From positions 139,995 to 203,994 of the forward strand of contig CAWJGT010000024.1 of assembly GCA_963842525.1 (NCBI GenBank): a stretch of 64,000 nt of DNA, given 5' to 3'. Under the pieces are notes generated by a model that was not told the DNA's origin, searched no databases, and worked only from the letters and a program-made list of their open reading frames with translations. Positions 18,660-28,514 of the stretch are shown here, one piece after another. Origin of the DNA: an uncultured Holophagales bacterium (GTDB taxonomy: Bacteria > Acidobacteriota > Thermoanaerobaculia > Multivoradales > UBA5704). The position numbers were made by a program, and so were the translations under genes. How positions within the stretch are numbered: the stretch's first letter is position 1; every line of letters begins with the position of its first letter.

Positions 18660-20618
18660 CTAGAAAGCCGCTGTGTCCGCCCGGCTCGCCATTGTACCGG
18701 CCGGGTTGTGGTAGGTCTTCACCTTTCCGGAGAGCTTGTCGGTCACCGTGATCGTGTATCCGACAGCGCGCCGTAGAAGACCCAGTGCTTGCCGTTGACT
18801 GCGCGGCCGTCCAGGATCTTGATCAGCAGCTCCACGTTGTTCCGTTCGAAGAACCAGACATAGGCGCTGTCGGAGGTCAGCCCCACGGCCTCGCCCGACC
18901 CGGTCTGGCCGGTGCCCGGGATCCGCCAGGTGACGTCGACGCCGAATCGGCCGCCGTGCAGGCAGGGGAACCCGATCACGGGTGGACAGGCGAACGGCTC
19001 TGCGGCCGTGCTTTCCGGCGCAGGGAGCGACGCCACGGCGGACAGGGGCGGGCCGGAGCCCTCGAAGGCGCGCGTGTCCGCCTTGCTGGCCATCGTGCCG
19101 GCCGGGTTGTGGTAGACCTTCCGTTCGCCTGTGACAAGGTCGGTCACGGAGAGGTCGTATTCGACGTTCGAACAGGGCGCCGTAGAAGATCCAGAAATGA
19201 TCGTTCAGGGCGCGGCCATCCAGGACCTTCACCACCAGCTCCAGGTTTTCCGGGCCGAAGAACCAGAAAGCGCCGGTGTCGCCGGTCAGGGGCACGGCTT
19301 GGCCGGCGCCGTTGCCGCCCGGGCCGCCCTGGAAGGCCACCTCGACACGGAAGCGGTTGCTCAGGCAGAGGCTGGAGGCGTCCGCCAGGCAGGTGGTGAA
19401 GCGCCGCGCGTAGAGGTTGCCGCCGCCGTCTTCGCCGGTCTCAGTCACCCAGGAGATCACCCAATCGCCCTGGCGCTCCACGACCCGGACGCCGGTCTGG
19501 TCGCCGGCGGTGTCGGCCGCGACGACGAAGGCGGGACCGAGCGGGCTCCCTTCGGCGTCGAAGAGGCGCGCCGACAGGTCGGCGTCCACGAGCGCGTCGT
19601 TCTGCGGGTCTTCATTGGACCAGACCACCAGGACGCGGCCGTCGTCATCCAGGGCGACCGCCTGGACGATCTGGTCGCCGCTGCCGCCCGCGGCGAGGAT
19701 GGGGTCGCCGAACCGGCGCCCTTCGGAGTCGTACAGGCTCAGCCAGGCGTCCGCTCCCTGGTCCGGCGGAGACGGGAAGGCTCTGATCGACGTGGCCGTG
19801 GCAAAACGGCCGTTCCGAACCGCAACCAAGTCGCCGAAGATCAAGTGGGGATCGCCGGTCCGCCTTCCCGCAGAATCGAAGGGTTGGAAATACACCTCGA
19901 TGCTCCCCCCGCCGGAAACGCTCACGACGGGAAGGAAGCTTCCATCCTCCAGCGTCGCGGGAGCTTCGTTGACAAGCTCCCGGTGTACGAAGGGCGGGGT
20001 GGAAAAGCTGATGCCGAAGAGCACGAGGTCCGCGCCCGATGGCTTGCCGTCCGCGTCGAAGAGCCGCGCCCAACTCGTATTGCCCTCCAGCCAGGTCGCC
20101 ACCACCCCGCCCGCAGGCAGGGCGGCGAGCCGGGTCTGGCGAGCCTGATCGTAGAAGGCCGGGATCCGGTTCTCCTGGCCGATCGTTGTCCCGTCGCCGT
20201 CGAGCACGCGCAGGGACCCGGTCCCGGCGTCGCCCGCCTTGCCAATCCCGAGAGTGGCAGGAGACAGCGGCGTCCGGACGTTCTGCCACGCCAGCGCGAA
20301 GCGGTCCGAGGCCAGGGCGACGATAGCCGGGTCCGCCACAGGCTGGCCCGGACCCTGAACCGCGGCCTCCGGGCCGGCCGGCTCGCCACTGCGGCTGAAA
20401 AAACGGATCAGGATGTCGTCCGCGGCCGGGCTCGGCCAGGCTGCCAGGAGCCGCCCCGCACTGTCGAGGGCCAGGGCGGGCGCCTCCGTGGCATGGACAT
20501 CGGCTTCGTTGATGCGGAATTCCGGGCCGAGCGGCACGAGCTGGGACGCGAGGGGCGCTGCGGCCCCGAGCAGCACGAGAGAGAACAGGGTCCACGAACG
20601 GCGCAGGCACTGGATCAT
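18660..20618 (-). CDS. Secreted repeat protein, paralog 3 (two compensating frameshifts near 19172 and 18762)
   Basis: Signal peptide, GPEFRINE start and two copies of the C-terminal CL..RF.V.V...TGAFWFF...NLELVVKVLDGR...FYGALS domain. The second copy lies in ORF 18743-19147. Confidence 0.8.
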   Translation of the reverse strand: MIQCLRRSWTLFSLVLLGAAAPLASQLVPLGPEFRINEADVHATEAPALALDSAGRLLAAWPSPAADDILIRFFSRSGEPAGPEAAVQGPGQPVADPAIVALASDRFALAWQNVRTPLSPATLGIGKAGDAGTGSLRVLDGDGTTIGQENRIPAFYDQARQTRLAALPAGGVVATWLEGNTSWARLFDADGKPSGADLVLFGISFSTPPFVHRELVNEAPATLEDGSFLPVVSVSGGGSIEVYFQPFDSAGRRTGDPHLIFGDLVAVRNGRFATATSIRAFPSPPDQGADAWLSLYDSEGRRFGDPILAAGGSGDQIVQAVALDDDGRVLVVWSNEDPQNDALVDADLSARLFDAEGSPLGPAFVVAADTAGDQTGVRVVERQGDWVISWVTETGEDGGGNLYARRFTTCLADASSLCLSNRFRVEVAFQGGPGGNGAGQAVPLTGDTGAFWFFGPENLELVVKVLDGRALNDHFWIFYGALFERRIRPLRDRPCHRRTEGLPQPGRHDGQQGGHARLRGLRPAPVRRGVAPCAGKHGRRAVRLSTRDRVPLPARRPIRRRRHLADPGHRPDRVGRGRGADLRQRLCLVLRTEQRGAADQDPGRPRSQRQALGLLRRAVGYTITVTDKLSGKVKTYHNPAGTMASRADTAAF

Positions 20619-20695
20619 GATCTGCCTCCTGTGAAGAATTCAGACCCCCGATTCTTGATGACTGCGCCGTGCGTTTCCTTTCGCACAAGCTCTCC

Positions 20696-22684
20696 TCAGA
20701 ACGCCGACGTATCCGCCCGGCTCGCCATCGTGCCGGCCGGGTTGTGGTAGGTCTTGACCTTTCCCGTCAAATTGTCGGTCACACGAATCGTGTACTCCAC
20801 GTCCGACAGCGCGCCATAGAAGACCCAGAACTTGCCGTTGAGGCCACGGCCGTCCAGGATCTTGATCACCAGCTCCACGTTGTCCTGGTCGAAGAACCAG
20901 ACATAGACGCTGTCGGAGCTCAGCTCCACGACTTGGCCGGATCCGGTCTGGCCGGCGGCCGTCCGCCAGGTGACGTCGACGCTGAAGCGGCCACCGTGCA
21001 GGCAGGGGAGCCAGGGCACGGGTGGACAGCAGGGGACCCCGGTTCCGGGTGGACAGATCACCTCTTCAGGCAAGGCCATGCTCTGCGGCTCCTGGAGGAA
21101 GGACGCGGCAGCGGCCGGGGGCGGCGGGCCGGGTTCCTGGAAGGCGCGCGTGTCCGCCCGGCTGGCCATCGTGCCGGCCGGGTTGTGGTAGACCTTCTGC
21201 ACGCCGGTCACCGTATCGGTCACCGTCAGGTCGTACTGCACGTTCGAGAGCGCGCCGTAGAAGATCCAGAAGTGATCGTTCAGGGCGTTGCCGTCGATCG
21301 CCTTCACCACGAGCTCGACGTTGGCAGGGTCGAAGAACCAGAAGGCGCCGGTATCGCCGGTCAGGGGCACCGCCTGGCCGGAGCCGTTGCCGCCGGGGCC
21401 GCTCTGGAAAGCCACCTCGGCACGGAAGCGGTTCGCGAGGCACAGGGTGGAGCCGTCCGTGACGCAGGTGGAGAAGCGCCGGGCGTAGAGCTCGCCTCCC
21501 CAATAGGTGTTGGCCGGCTCGCTGACCCAGGAGATCACCCACTCGCCGTTCTTCTCCACCACCGACGCGCCGAACTGATCGCCCGGTCCGGCGGCGACAG
21601 GGAAGGAGGGGCCGAGGGGCTGCCCGGCGGCGCTGTAGAGGCGCGCGAAGACATCGGAGTCCACGTAGGGGTCTTCGCTGCCGAGGCTGTTGGTCCACAA
21701 GACCAGGAACCGGCCGGCGTCGTCCATGGCCACCGCTTCGACGACCTGGTTTCCGGGGCCACCTGCGACCACGGTCGCTTCGGAGTTGAGGCTGCGGCCC
21801 TCGCGGTCGTAGAACGTGACATAGACCTCGGTGTCGGTCCGCTGGAGGTCGAGCGGGGGTAGGGGGCGTCCGGTCGAAGCCACGGCGAAGCGGCCGTCGG
21901 GAGACACGGCGACCTGCTCGGAGTGGAGCGCTACGGCCTCTGCGACCGGCTGCCCGGCTGCGTCGAACCGCCGGCTCCGGAGGCTCGGAGCGTACGGCGG
22001 CGGGTACGGATAGGTAAGACCAGGCTGTCCCCAAAAGCTCAGGAATCCGCCGTCCTGCAGGACCACGAGCGACCAATTGAACGCCCAATCGGCGGTGACG
22101 GGCGTTTCGGCCGCGGCCGGTGCTCCGTTCTCGTCGAAGGGACGCGCCACGATTTTGGCCTCCAGGCCGATCAGCCCGTCGACGTCCCCATTCCAGGTCG
22201 CCAGGAATCCGCCCGAAGGCAGCGCATCCACTTGCGGGCGGCCCCCTCCCACAGCGTGGGAATCCAGGTCGAGGCGGAGCTCCGGGCCGAGCGGGGCGCC
22301 ATCCGTGCCGAGCACTCGGGCGGCAATCGTCCCATCGCCGCCGAGCGTGCGGTCCCAGGCCAGGACGAACCGGCCCGTGCCCAGAGCGGTGACGTCCGGA
22401 TCGAGAAGCTGGTATCCCGGCGTGCTGAAGGCTCTTTCGGTGCCGAGCGGCACGCCGACGTGGTTGAAGGTGCGCGCCACGAGGGCGTCCTGGGTGGCAC
22501 CCTGGCCGGGCCAGACCGCGAGCAGGGTGCCGGCGGCGTCGAGCGCGAGAATGGGCGCCTTCATCGTTTTGAGATCGGCTTCGTTGACCCTGAATTCCGG
22601 GCCGCGAGGGATCAACTGAGAGGCCAGGGGCGCCACTGTGAGCAGCACCATCGCGGGCAGGGGCAGGATGCGAAGCAGGCGCAT
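20696..22684 (-). CDS. Secreted repeat protein, paralog 2
   Basis: Same architecture as the neighbours; intact 662 aa. Confidence 0.85.
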   Translation of the reverse strand: MRLLRILPLPAMVLLTVAPLASQLIPRGPEFRVNEADLKTMKAPILALDAAGTLLAVWPGQGATQDALVARTFNHVGVPLGTERAFSTPGYQLLDPDVTALGTGRFVLAWDRTLGGDGTIAARVLGTDGAPLGPELRLDLDSHAVGGGRPQVDALPSGGFLATWNGDVDGLIGLEAKIVARPFDENGAPAAAETPVTADWAFNWSLVVLQDGGFLSFWGQPGLTYPYPPPYAPSLRSRRFDAAGQPVAEAVALHSEQVAVSPDGRFAVASTGRPLPPLDLQRTDTEVYVTFYDREGRSLNSEATVVAGGPGNQVVEAVAMDDAGRFLVLWTNSLGSEDPYVDSDVFARLYSAAGQPLGPSFPVAAGPGDQFGASVVEKNGEWVISWVSEPANTYWGGELYARRFSTCVTDGSTLCLANRFRAEVAFQSGPGGNGSGQAVPLTGDTGAFWFFDPANVELVVKAIDGNALNDHFWIFYGALSNVQYDLTVTDTVTGVQKVYHNPAGTMASRADTRAFQEPGPPPPAAAASFLQEPQSMALPEEVICPPGTGVPCCPPVPWLPCLHGGRFSVDVTWRTAAGQTGSGQVVELSSDSVYVWFFDQDNVELVIKILDGRGLNGKFWVFYGALSDVEYTIRVTDNLTGKVKTYHNPAGTMASRADTSAF

Positions 22685-22685
22685 G

Positions 22686-24671
22686 TCAGAAGGCTCCTGT
22701 GTCCGCCCGGCTGGCCATCGTCCCGGCGGGGTTGTGGTAGGTCTTCACCTTCCCGGAGAGCTTGTCCGTCACCTTGATCGTGTATTCCACGTCCGACAGC
22801 GCGCCGTAGAAGACCCAGTGCTTGCCATTGAAATCCTGGCCGTCGAGGACCTTGACCATCAACTCCACGTTGCCGGGGCTGAAGAACCAGAAGTACCCGG
22901 TCTCGCCGGTCAGCGTCACCGCCTTGCCGGTGCCCGTCTGGCCGGTCCCCGGCACCTTCCATGAGACCTCCACCTGGAACTGCAGCCAGGGGCTTCCCAG
23001 GCAGAGGTGCTCAGGCCCTGGGAAGCAGGGGGGCGGCGTCAGCGGCGCGGTCTGCTGCCGCGGTGCCTGCGTCGCAGGTGCCGCCCGGAGGGGTGCGACG
23101 AGGGCGGTGCCGCCGGGCTTGAAGGCCTGTGTATCCGCCTTGCTGGCCAGGGTGCCGGCCGGGTTGTGGTAGACGCGCCTCTGGCCGCTTACCGCGTCCG
23201 TCACCGTCAGGTCGTACTCCACATTGGACAGGGCACCGTAGAACAGCCAGTAATGGTTGTTGAAGGTGCGGCCGTCGAGGGCCTTGACCACCAGCTCGAG
23301 GTTGTCCTGGCCGAAGAACCAGAAGGCGCCGGTGTCGGCGGTCAGGGAGACGGCCTGACCCGGGCCGCTGCCGGTCCCGACTCCCGGAGCCTTCCAGGTG
23401 GCCCGCGCCCGGAAACGCCCGCCGAGGCAGAGGTCGGTGCCGCCCGTGATGCAGGCCGCGAACCGCCGCGCGAAGAGGTTCCCTCTGTTGCCGGCGCCTT
23501 GCTCGGTCACCCAGGAGATGACCCACTCGCCGTCCCGCTCGGCGATTTTGACGCCGAGCTGGTCGCCCACGGCATCGGTCGCGACGGCGAAGGGCAGGCC
23601 GAGCGACTCGCCCGCGGCATCGAAGAGGCCGGCGGTCAGGTCGGCGTCGACCGAGAGGTCCTCTCCGGGAGCCTCGTTGGACCAGACCACCAGGATGTTG
23701 CCGGCCTCGTCCATGGCAGCCGCCTGCACGACCTCGTCGTCCTGCCCACTCGCAATGAGATTCGATGTCACGAGCCGGCCTCCGGCGTCGTACAGGTTCA
23801 TCCAGGTGTCGGCGTCGGGCCCCGGCGGGCTCCCCACGGACGCCTCGGACCAGACGACGGCGAAACGGCCGTCGCTTCCGAGCGCCACGACGCCGTCGTC
23901 CAAGGGGAAGGCCGCCCCGGCCGGCTGACCCGCGGCGTTGAACCGCCATCCGATCCGGCTGGGCAACGAAGGCCCGATCATGTCGGAGAGCCAGGTGGTC
24001 AGGAAGCCGCCGTCCTGCAGCCCGCGGAGCGTATCGTTTTTGAGGACGCCGGGCACGGTCACATCGCGGAAAGCGAGGGTGATCTCCTCGCCCGCCGGCC
24101 TGCCGTCGGTGCCGAAGAGCCGCGCCATCAGCCGGGTCTCGTCCTCGACCCACGTCGCCACGATCTGGCCCGAGGGGAGGAGGGTCAGACGGACTCCTTG
24201 CGCGATCCCATAGTCCTTGTCGATCCGGATCTCGTCGCCCACCGGATCGTCCGCCGAGTCGAGGACATACAGGGACAGGGTCCCGTAGTCGCCGATCCTC
24301 GGCGGGGGAGGGAGGATCGGAAGAGGAGGCGTGTGGTTCTCCCAGGCCAGGGCGAATCCGCCCGCGGGCAGAGAGACGACGACCGGATGGTCCTGCAAGA
24401 TCGCCTCTGTCAGGAGCGCTCGCTCCGGGCCGGTCGGCTCCCCGTCACGACCGAAGAGGCGGATCAGGAGGTCGTTGCTCTCGGAGCCCGGCCCCGCCCA
24501 GGCGGCAAGGAGCCGGCCCGAGCCGTCGAGGGCCAGCGCAGGCGCCTCCGCCGCAAGAAGCTCGGCCTGGTTGATCCGGAATTCCGGTCCAAGCGGGATC
24601 AATTGAGAGGCCAGGGGGCTGGCGGCGAGCACAATCAGGACAACCAGGGCTCCTGCACTGCGTAGAGTCAT
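22686..24671 (-). CDS. Secreted repeat protein, paralog 1
   Basis: Same architecture as the neighbours; intact 661 aa. Confidence 0.85.
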   Translation of the reverse strand: MTLRSAGALVVLIVLAASPLASQLIPLGPEFRINQAELLAAEAPALALDGSGRLLAAWAGPGSESNDLLIRLFGRDGEPTGPERALLTEAILQDHPVVVSLPAGGFALAWENHTPPLPILPPPPRIGDYGTLSLYVLDSADDPVGDEIRIDKDYGIAQGVRLTLLPSGQIVATWVEDETRLMARLFGTDGRPAGEEITLAFRDVTVPGVLKNDTLRGLQDGGFLTTWLSDMIGPSLPSRIGWRFNAAGQPAGAAFPLDDGVVALGSDGRFAVVWSEASVGSPPGPDADTWMNLYDAGGRLVTSNLIASGQDDEVVQAAAMDEAGNILVVWSNEAPGEDLSVDADLTAGLFDAAGESLGLPFAVATDAVGDQLGVKIAERDGEWVISWVTEQGAGNRGNLFARRFAACITGGTDLCLGGRFRARATWKAPGVGTGSGPGQAVSLTADTGAFWFFGQDNLELVVKALDGRTFNNHYWLFYGALSNVEYDLTVTDAVSGQRRVYHNPAGTLASKADTQAFKPGGTALVAPLRAAPATQAPRQQTAPLTPPPCFPGPEHLCLGSPWLQFQVEVSWKVPGTGQTGTGKAVTLTGETGYFWFFSPGNVELMVKVLDGQDFNGKHWVFYGALSDVEYTIKVTDKLSGKVKTYHNPAGTMASRADTGAF

Positions 24672-24760
24672 TGGGGACTCCTCCCAAAATCACTGCGATT
24701 CCATGCTGTTATAGCATGAAACTGGGTCCGCGGCACAAGGGGACGCCGCGGCAGATTTTC

Positions 24761-24789
24761 TTGACACACTGCGGCATGACCCCTAGGAT
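24761..24789 (+). promoter_or_regulatory. Sigma70-type promoter of fadJ (probably leaderless)
   Basis: TTGACA-17 nt-TAGGAT, with ATG 7 nt after the -10. Confidence 0.6.
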
Positions 24790-24796
24790 GCGGGAC

Positions 24797-26974
24797 ATGG
24801 CCACCGACATCCACCCTCCGCAGACCCTCGCGACCGGCACCACCACTGCCGTTCCCGGCTCTCTCTCAATGGACGGCGACGGCCTTGCCTGGCTCGTCCT
24901 CGACGACCCGTCCAAGAAGGTCAACACCCTCTCGACGCGGCTTTTCGCCTGGTTCGGGGAGCAACTCGCCCAGGTCGAGCAACAGCGTCCCGCGGGGCTG
25001 GTGATCGTGTCCGGCAAAGCGGACGGGTTCGTGGCCGGGGCGGACCTGGAGGAGCTCCAGACCGCGAGGGACAAGGAGGAGGTGCTCGCCATGCTCCAGC
25101 GCGGCCACGAGCTGATGGAGCGGCTGGCCGCGCTGCCGTTCCCCACCGTGGCCGCCATCCACGGCGCCTGCCTGGGCGGCGGCCTGGAGCTGGCGCTCGC
25201 CTGCCGCTTCCGGGTGGCGACCGAGCACAAAAAGACCAAGCTCGGCTTTCCCGAGGTCCAGCTCGGGCTCCTCCCGGGCCTCGGCGGCACGCAGCGGCTG
25301 CCGCGCCTGATCGGTGTGCCGGCCGCCCTCGACCTGATCCTGACCAGCAAGCAGGTGGACGCCAAAAAGGCCCGCCGCTTAGGGCTGGTGGACGACACCT
25401 GCCATCCGACCGACCTGCGGCAGGCGGCGACCCGCTGGGTGCGCGGGCCGGCCGAGCCGAAGAAGCTGGCCGGAGGGCTCGCCCGCCGGGCGACCGACCT
25501 GCTGGCCCGGGTGCCCGTGGCGGACAGGCTGATCTTCGACCGTGCCCGGGCCGAGACCCTCAAGAAGACCGGCGGCCACTACCCGGCGCCGCTGGTCGCC
25601 ATCGAGGTGGTGCGCGAGGGCATGAAGCTCCCCCTGCGGCGCGCCCTGGACGTCGAGGCCGGCGCGTTCGCCGAGCTGGTCGTCTCCGGGACCGCCAAGA
25701 ATCTGATCTCCATCTTTTTTCTGAAGACCGAGGTCGAGGCCCGGGCGGCACGCATCGCCCGCGCTGCGCGGCCCATTCCGCAGGTGGGCGTGCTCGGCGC
25801 CGGCTTCATGGGCGCCGGCATCGCCCAGGTCCTCTCCTACAAGGGGCTGCCGGTGGTCCTCAAGGACAAGGACCTCGCCGCCCTGGGCCGGGGCCTTGGC
25901 TTCAGCAACCAGCAGTTCCGCGATCTCCTGAAGCGCCGCCGCCTGACCGAGGCCGAAGCCAAGAACGCCATGGGCCGCATCCATGGCACGGTCGACTACA
26001 ACGCGCTACGCCGCACCAACCTGGTGGTCGAAGCGGTGTTCGAGGACGTGGCGGTCAAGCACGCCGTGATCCGTGAGACCGAGGCAACGGCGCCGGACGA
26101 CCTGATCTTCGCCTCGAACACGTCCACGATCCCGATCGGCATCCTGGCCCAGGCAAGCCGCCGGCCGGAGAACGTGGTCGGCATGCACTTCTTCAGCCCG
26201 GTGGCCAAGATGCCGCTTGTCGAGGTGATCCGTCACCCGGGGACCTCGGACGAGGCGGTCGCCACCGTGGTCGAGCTGGGGCGGGTGATGGGCAAGACCG
26301 TGATCGTGGTCAACGACGGTCCCGGCTTCTTCACCAGCCGGGTGCTCGGCACCATGCTCAACGAGGCCGCCTGGCTCCTGGCCGAAGGCGCCAGCATCGA
26401 GCAGATCGACACCGCCATGACCCGCTGGGGCTGGCCGGTCGGCCCCTTCGCCCTCCTCGACGAGGTCGGCCTCGACGTGGCCCGCCACGCCGGCGAGGTC
26501 GTGCGCGGGGCCCTCGGCGACCGCTTGGCGGCGCCGCCGGTCTTCGAGCCCATGATCGGAGACAAGCGCCTCGGCCGGAAATCGAAGCGCGGCTTCTACC
26601 TCTATGAAGAGGAAGGGAAGAAGAAAGGCGAGAAGAAGGTCGACCAGGCCGTCTACCGCCTCCTCGACTGGCAGCCGAAGCCGATCGGCGACGAAGAGAT
26701 CGTCGACCGCTGCTGGCTGCAGATGCTCAACGAGACCGTCCGCTGCATGGAAGAGGGCATCATCACCAAGCCGGCCGACGTCGACATCGGCGTCATCTTC
26801 GGCTTCGGCTTCCCGCCCTTCCGGGGCGGTCTCCTCCACGAAGCCGACCGCCGCGGCCTCCCCTGGGTCGTCGAGCGCCTGGAAGCCTTCGCCGCCAAGC
26901 ACGGCAAGCGCCTCGAGCCGGCCGACCTGCTGCGCACCATGGCAGCCAAGGGCGAGACGTTCTACAAGGACTGA
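24797..26974 (+). CDS. fadJ: Fatty acid oxidation complex alpha subunit (enoyl-CoA hydratase / 3-hydroxyacyl-CoA dehydrogenase)
   Basis: FVAGADL, GACLGGGLELALAC, PEVQLGLLPG.GGTQRLPRLIG, GAGFMGAGIA, FASNTS, GMHFFSP, GFGFPPFRGG. Confidence 0.9.
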   Translation: MATDIHPPQTLATGTTTAVPGSLSMDGDGLAWLVLDDPSKKVNTLSTRLFAWFGEQLAQVEQQRPAGLVIVSGKADGFVAGADLEELQTARDKEEVLAMLQRGHELMERLAALPFPTVAAIHGACLGGGLELALACRFRVATEHKKTKLGFPEVQLGLLPGLGGTQRLPRLIGVPAALDLILTSKQVDAKKARRLGLVDDTCHPTDLRQAATRWVRGPAEPKKLAGGLARRATDLLARVPVADRLIFDRARAETLKKTGGHYPAPLVAIEVVREGMKLPLRRALDVEAGAFAELVVSGTAKNLISIFFLKTEVEARAARIARAARPIPQVGVLGAGFMGAGIAQVLSYKGLPVVLKDKDLAALGRGLGFSNQQFRDLLKRRRLTEAEAKNAMGRIHGTVDYNALRRTNLVVEAVFEDVAVKHAVIRETEATAPDDLIFASNTSTIPIGILAQASRRPENVVGMHFFSPVAKMPLVEVIRHPGTSDEAVATVVELGRVMGKTVIVVNDGPGFFTSRVLGTMLNEAAWLLAEGASIEQIDTAMTRWGWPVGPFALLDEVGLDVARHAGEVVRGALGDRLAAPPVFEPMIGDKRLGRKSKRGFYLYEEEGKKKGEKKVDQAVYRLLDWQPKPIGDEEIVDRCWLQMLNETVRCMEEGIITKPADVDIGVIFGFGFPPFRGGLLHEADRRGLPWVVERLEAFAAKHGKRLEPADLLRTMAAKGETFYKD

Positions 26975-26988
26975 CGCTCACGCCGGCT

Positions 26989-27187
26989 CAGCGTCAGCTC
27001 CGCAAAGCCAGTGTCCGCGTACACTGCTCCAGCGCAAGCTCCGCAAAGCCAGTGTCAGCTGACGCTGGCTCAGCGTCTCCGTACACTGGCCCAGCGTCAG
27101 CTCCGCAACGCCAGTGTCCGCGTACACTGGTCCGGTGTCCCGGGGCACTGAGCCAGTGCAAGCTCCGCAAAGCCAGCGTCAGCTCAT
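26989..27187. repeat. Array of about 10 units of 20-21 nt, many palindromic
   Basis: Units CAGCGTCAGCTCCGCAAAGC and CAGTGTCCGCGTACACTGGTC (CAGTGT...ACACTG). Confidence 0.8.
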
Positions 27188-27206
27188 GCGATCCTAGGTA
27201 AGAGGC

Positions 27207-27427
27207 AAAGTCAGCCCCGCCAGGGGCGATCGGAATTAGCCCGGGATTTCAATCCCGGGAACCAGGCGCACCCCAAAACTCCTGGAGCCCCGCCAGGGGC
27301 GACAGGAAAATACGACCGGCGATGTCCTGCCGCCCCTATCGGGGCTTGATCGAGAGGGGGGTGGCCTTCCTTTCCCGGGCCTGAAGGCCCAGGGCTAATT
27401 CCTGCCGCCCCTGGCGGGGCTGATTTT
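27207..27427. repeat. Nested REP/BIME-like inverted repeat element
   Basis: Outer arms TCAGCCCCGCCAGGGGCG..GGAATTAGCCC and GGGCTAATTCC..CGCCCCTGGCGGGGCTGA; inner pair AGCCCCGCCAGGGGCGACAGGA and TCCTGCCGCCCCTATCGGGGCT. Confidence 0.75.
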
Positions 27428-27472
27428 CCAGACATCCTCTAAGATCGTCTCAGTCCACCAAGAAGATCGAGA

Positions 27473-28234
27473 ATGCCTCGCTACGACGTCTTCCTCAGCC
27501 ACGCCAGCGCCGACAAGCCGGCCGTCGAGCACCTCGCCCGCAAGCTCCGGGAGGAAGGGATCGAGCCATTCCTCGACAAATGGCACCTGATCCCCGGCGA
27601 GCCGTGGCAGGAGGCGCTGGAGGAGGCCCTCGACCAGAGCCGCACCTGCGCGGTGTTCCTCGGCAAGGCGCTCGGCCCCTGGCAGAACGAGGAGATGCGG
27701 TCGGCGCTGGAGTCACGCGTCAGCGATGGCACGTTCCGGGTAATCCCGGTCCTGCTGCCCGGCGGGCGGGAGCCCGGTAGGGAGAAGCTTCCGCGCTTCC
27801 TTCGCCGTCTGACCTGGGTCGACTTCCGCGCCGACATTGACAACGAAGACGCCTTCCGCCGCCTCCTCGCCGGAATCCAAGGCAAAGAGCCCGGCCGCGA
27901 CGCCCTGCTCGCGAGTGGAACCGGCCGTGCCACGACCGTGGGTATCACCACGGCCATCCACGGCGCAGGAGGATTCGGCAAGACCGCATTGGCGATAGAG
28001 CTCTGCTACGACGAGCAGATCCGCGAGCGGTTTCCCGACGGCATCCTCTGGACCACCATGGGCGAAGAGATCGACGCCGCCGGCCGCCTGGCCAGGGTTC
28101 GGGACCTGATCCGCTGGTGGACGGACGAGGATCCGCCCGCCTTCGAGACCGTCTCCGCGGCCAGCGCGCGCCTCCGCCAGTCCATGTTTCTTCATTCTGC
28201 CTCGCCGGAGCCGACGCTGCCTCGGCGCCGTTGA
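27473..28234 (+). pseudogene. TIR domain plus truncated NB-ARC (STAND) protein
   Basis: YDVFLSHASADK...FLDKWHLIPGEPW...WQNEE; Walker A GAGGFGKT; RFPDGILW; stops before Walker B and sensor repeats. Confidence 0.75.
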
Positions 28235-28307
28235 TCTAGAACCCGGGGTCGCCGGGCCAGGGAGGCTCAGGGATCGACGCGTGCTATCCTGCCGAAGAGG
28301 CGCCATC

Positions 28308-28514
28308 ATGACAGACGAGTCCCGCTCAGTGTCCCTGGATCCAACGGCCGATCCGGGCTCGGTGGAGCCTGTCATCGAAGTCTCGCCGGACGGAGTGGAT
28401 CTGGGCCTCATCCGCTGGATGCTGGGCCTGACGCCTACCGAACGTCTGGAGGCGCTGCAGGATTTCGTGGACGGAGTCCTGGCGTTACGGGATGGCCGAG
28501 AAGCCGCGGACTAA
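28308..28514 (+). CDS. Small partner protein of nucleotidyltransferase
   Basis: GVDLGLIRWMLGLTPTERL; overlaps the next gene. Confidence 0.65.
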   Translation: MTDESRSVSLDPTADPGSVEPVIEVSPDGVDLGLIRWMLGLTPTERLEALQDFVDGVLALRDGREAAD

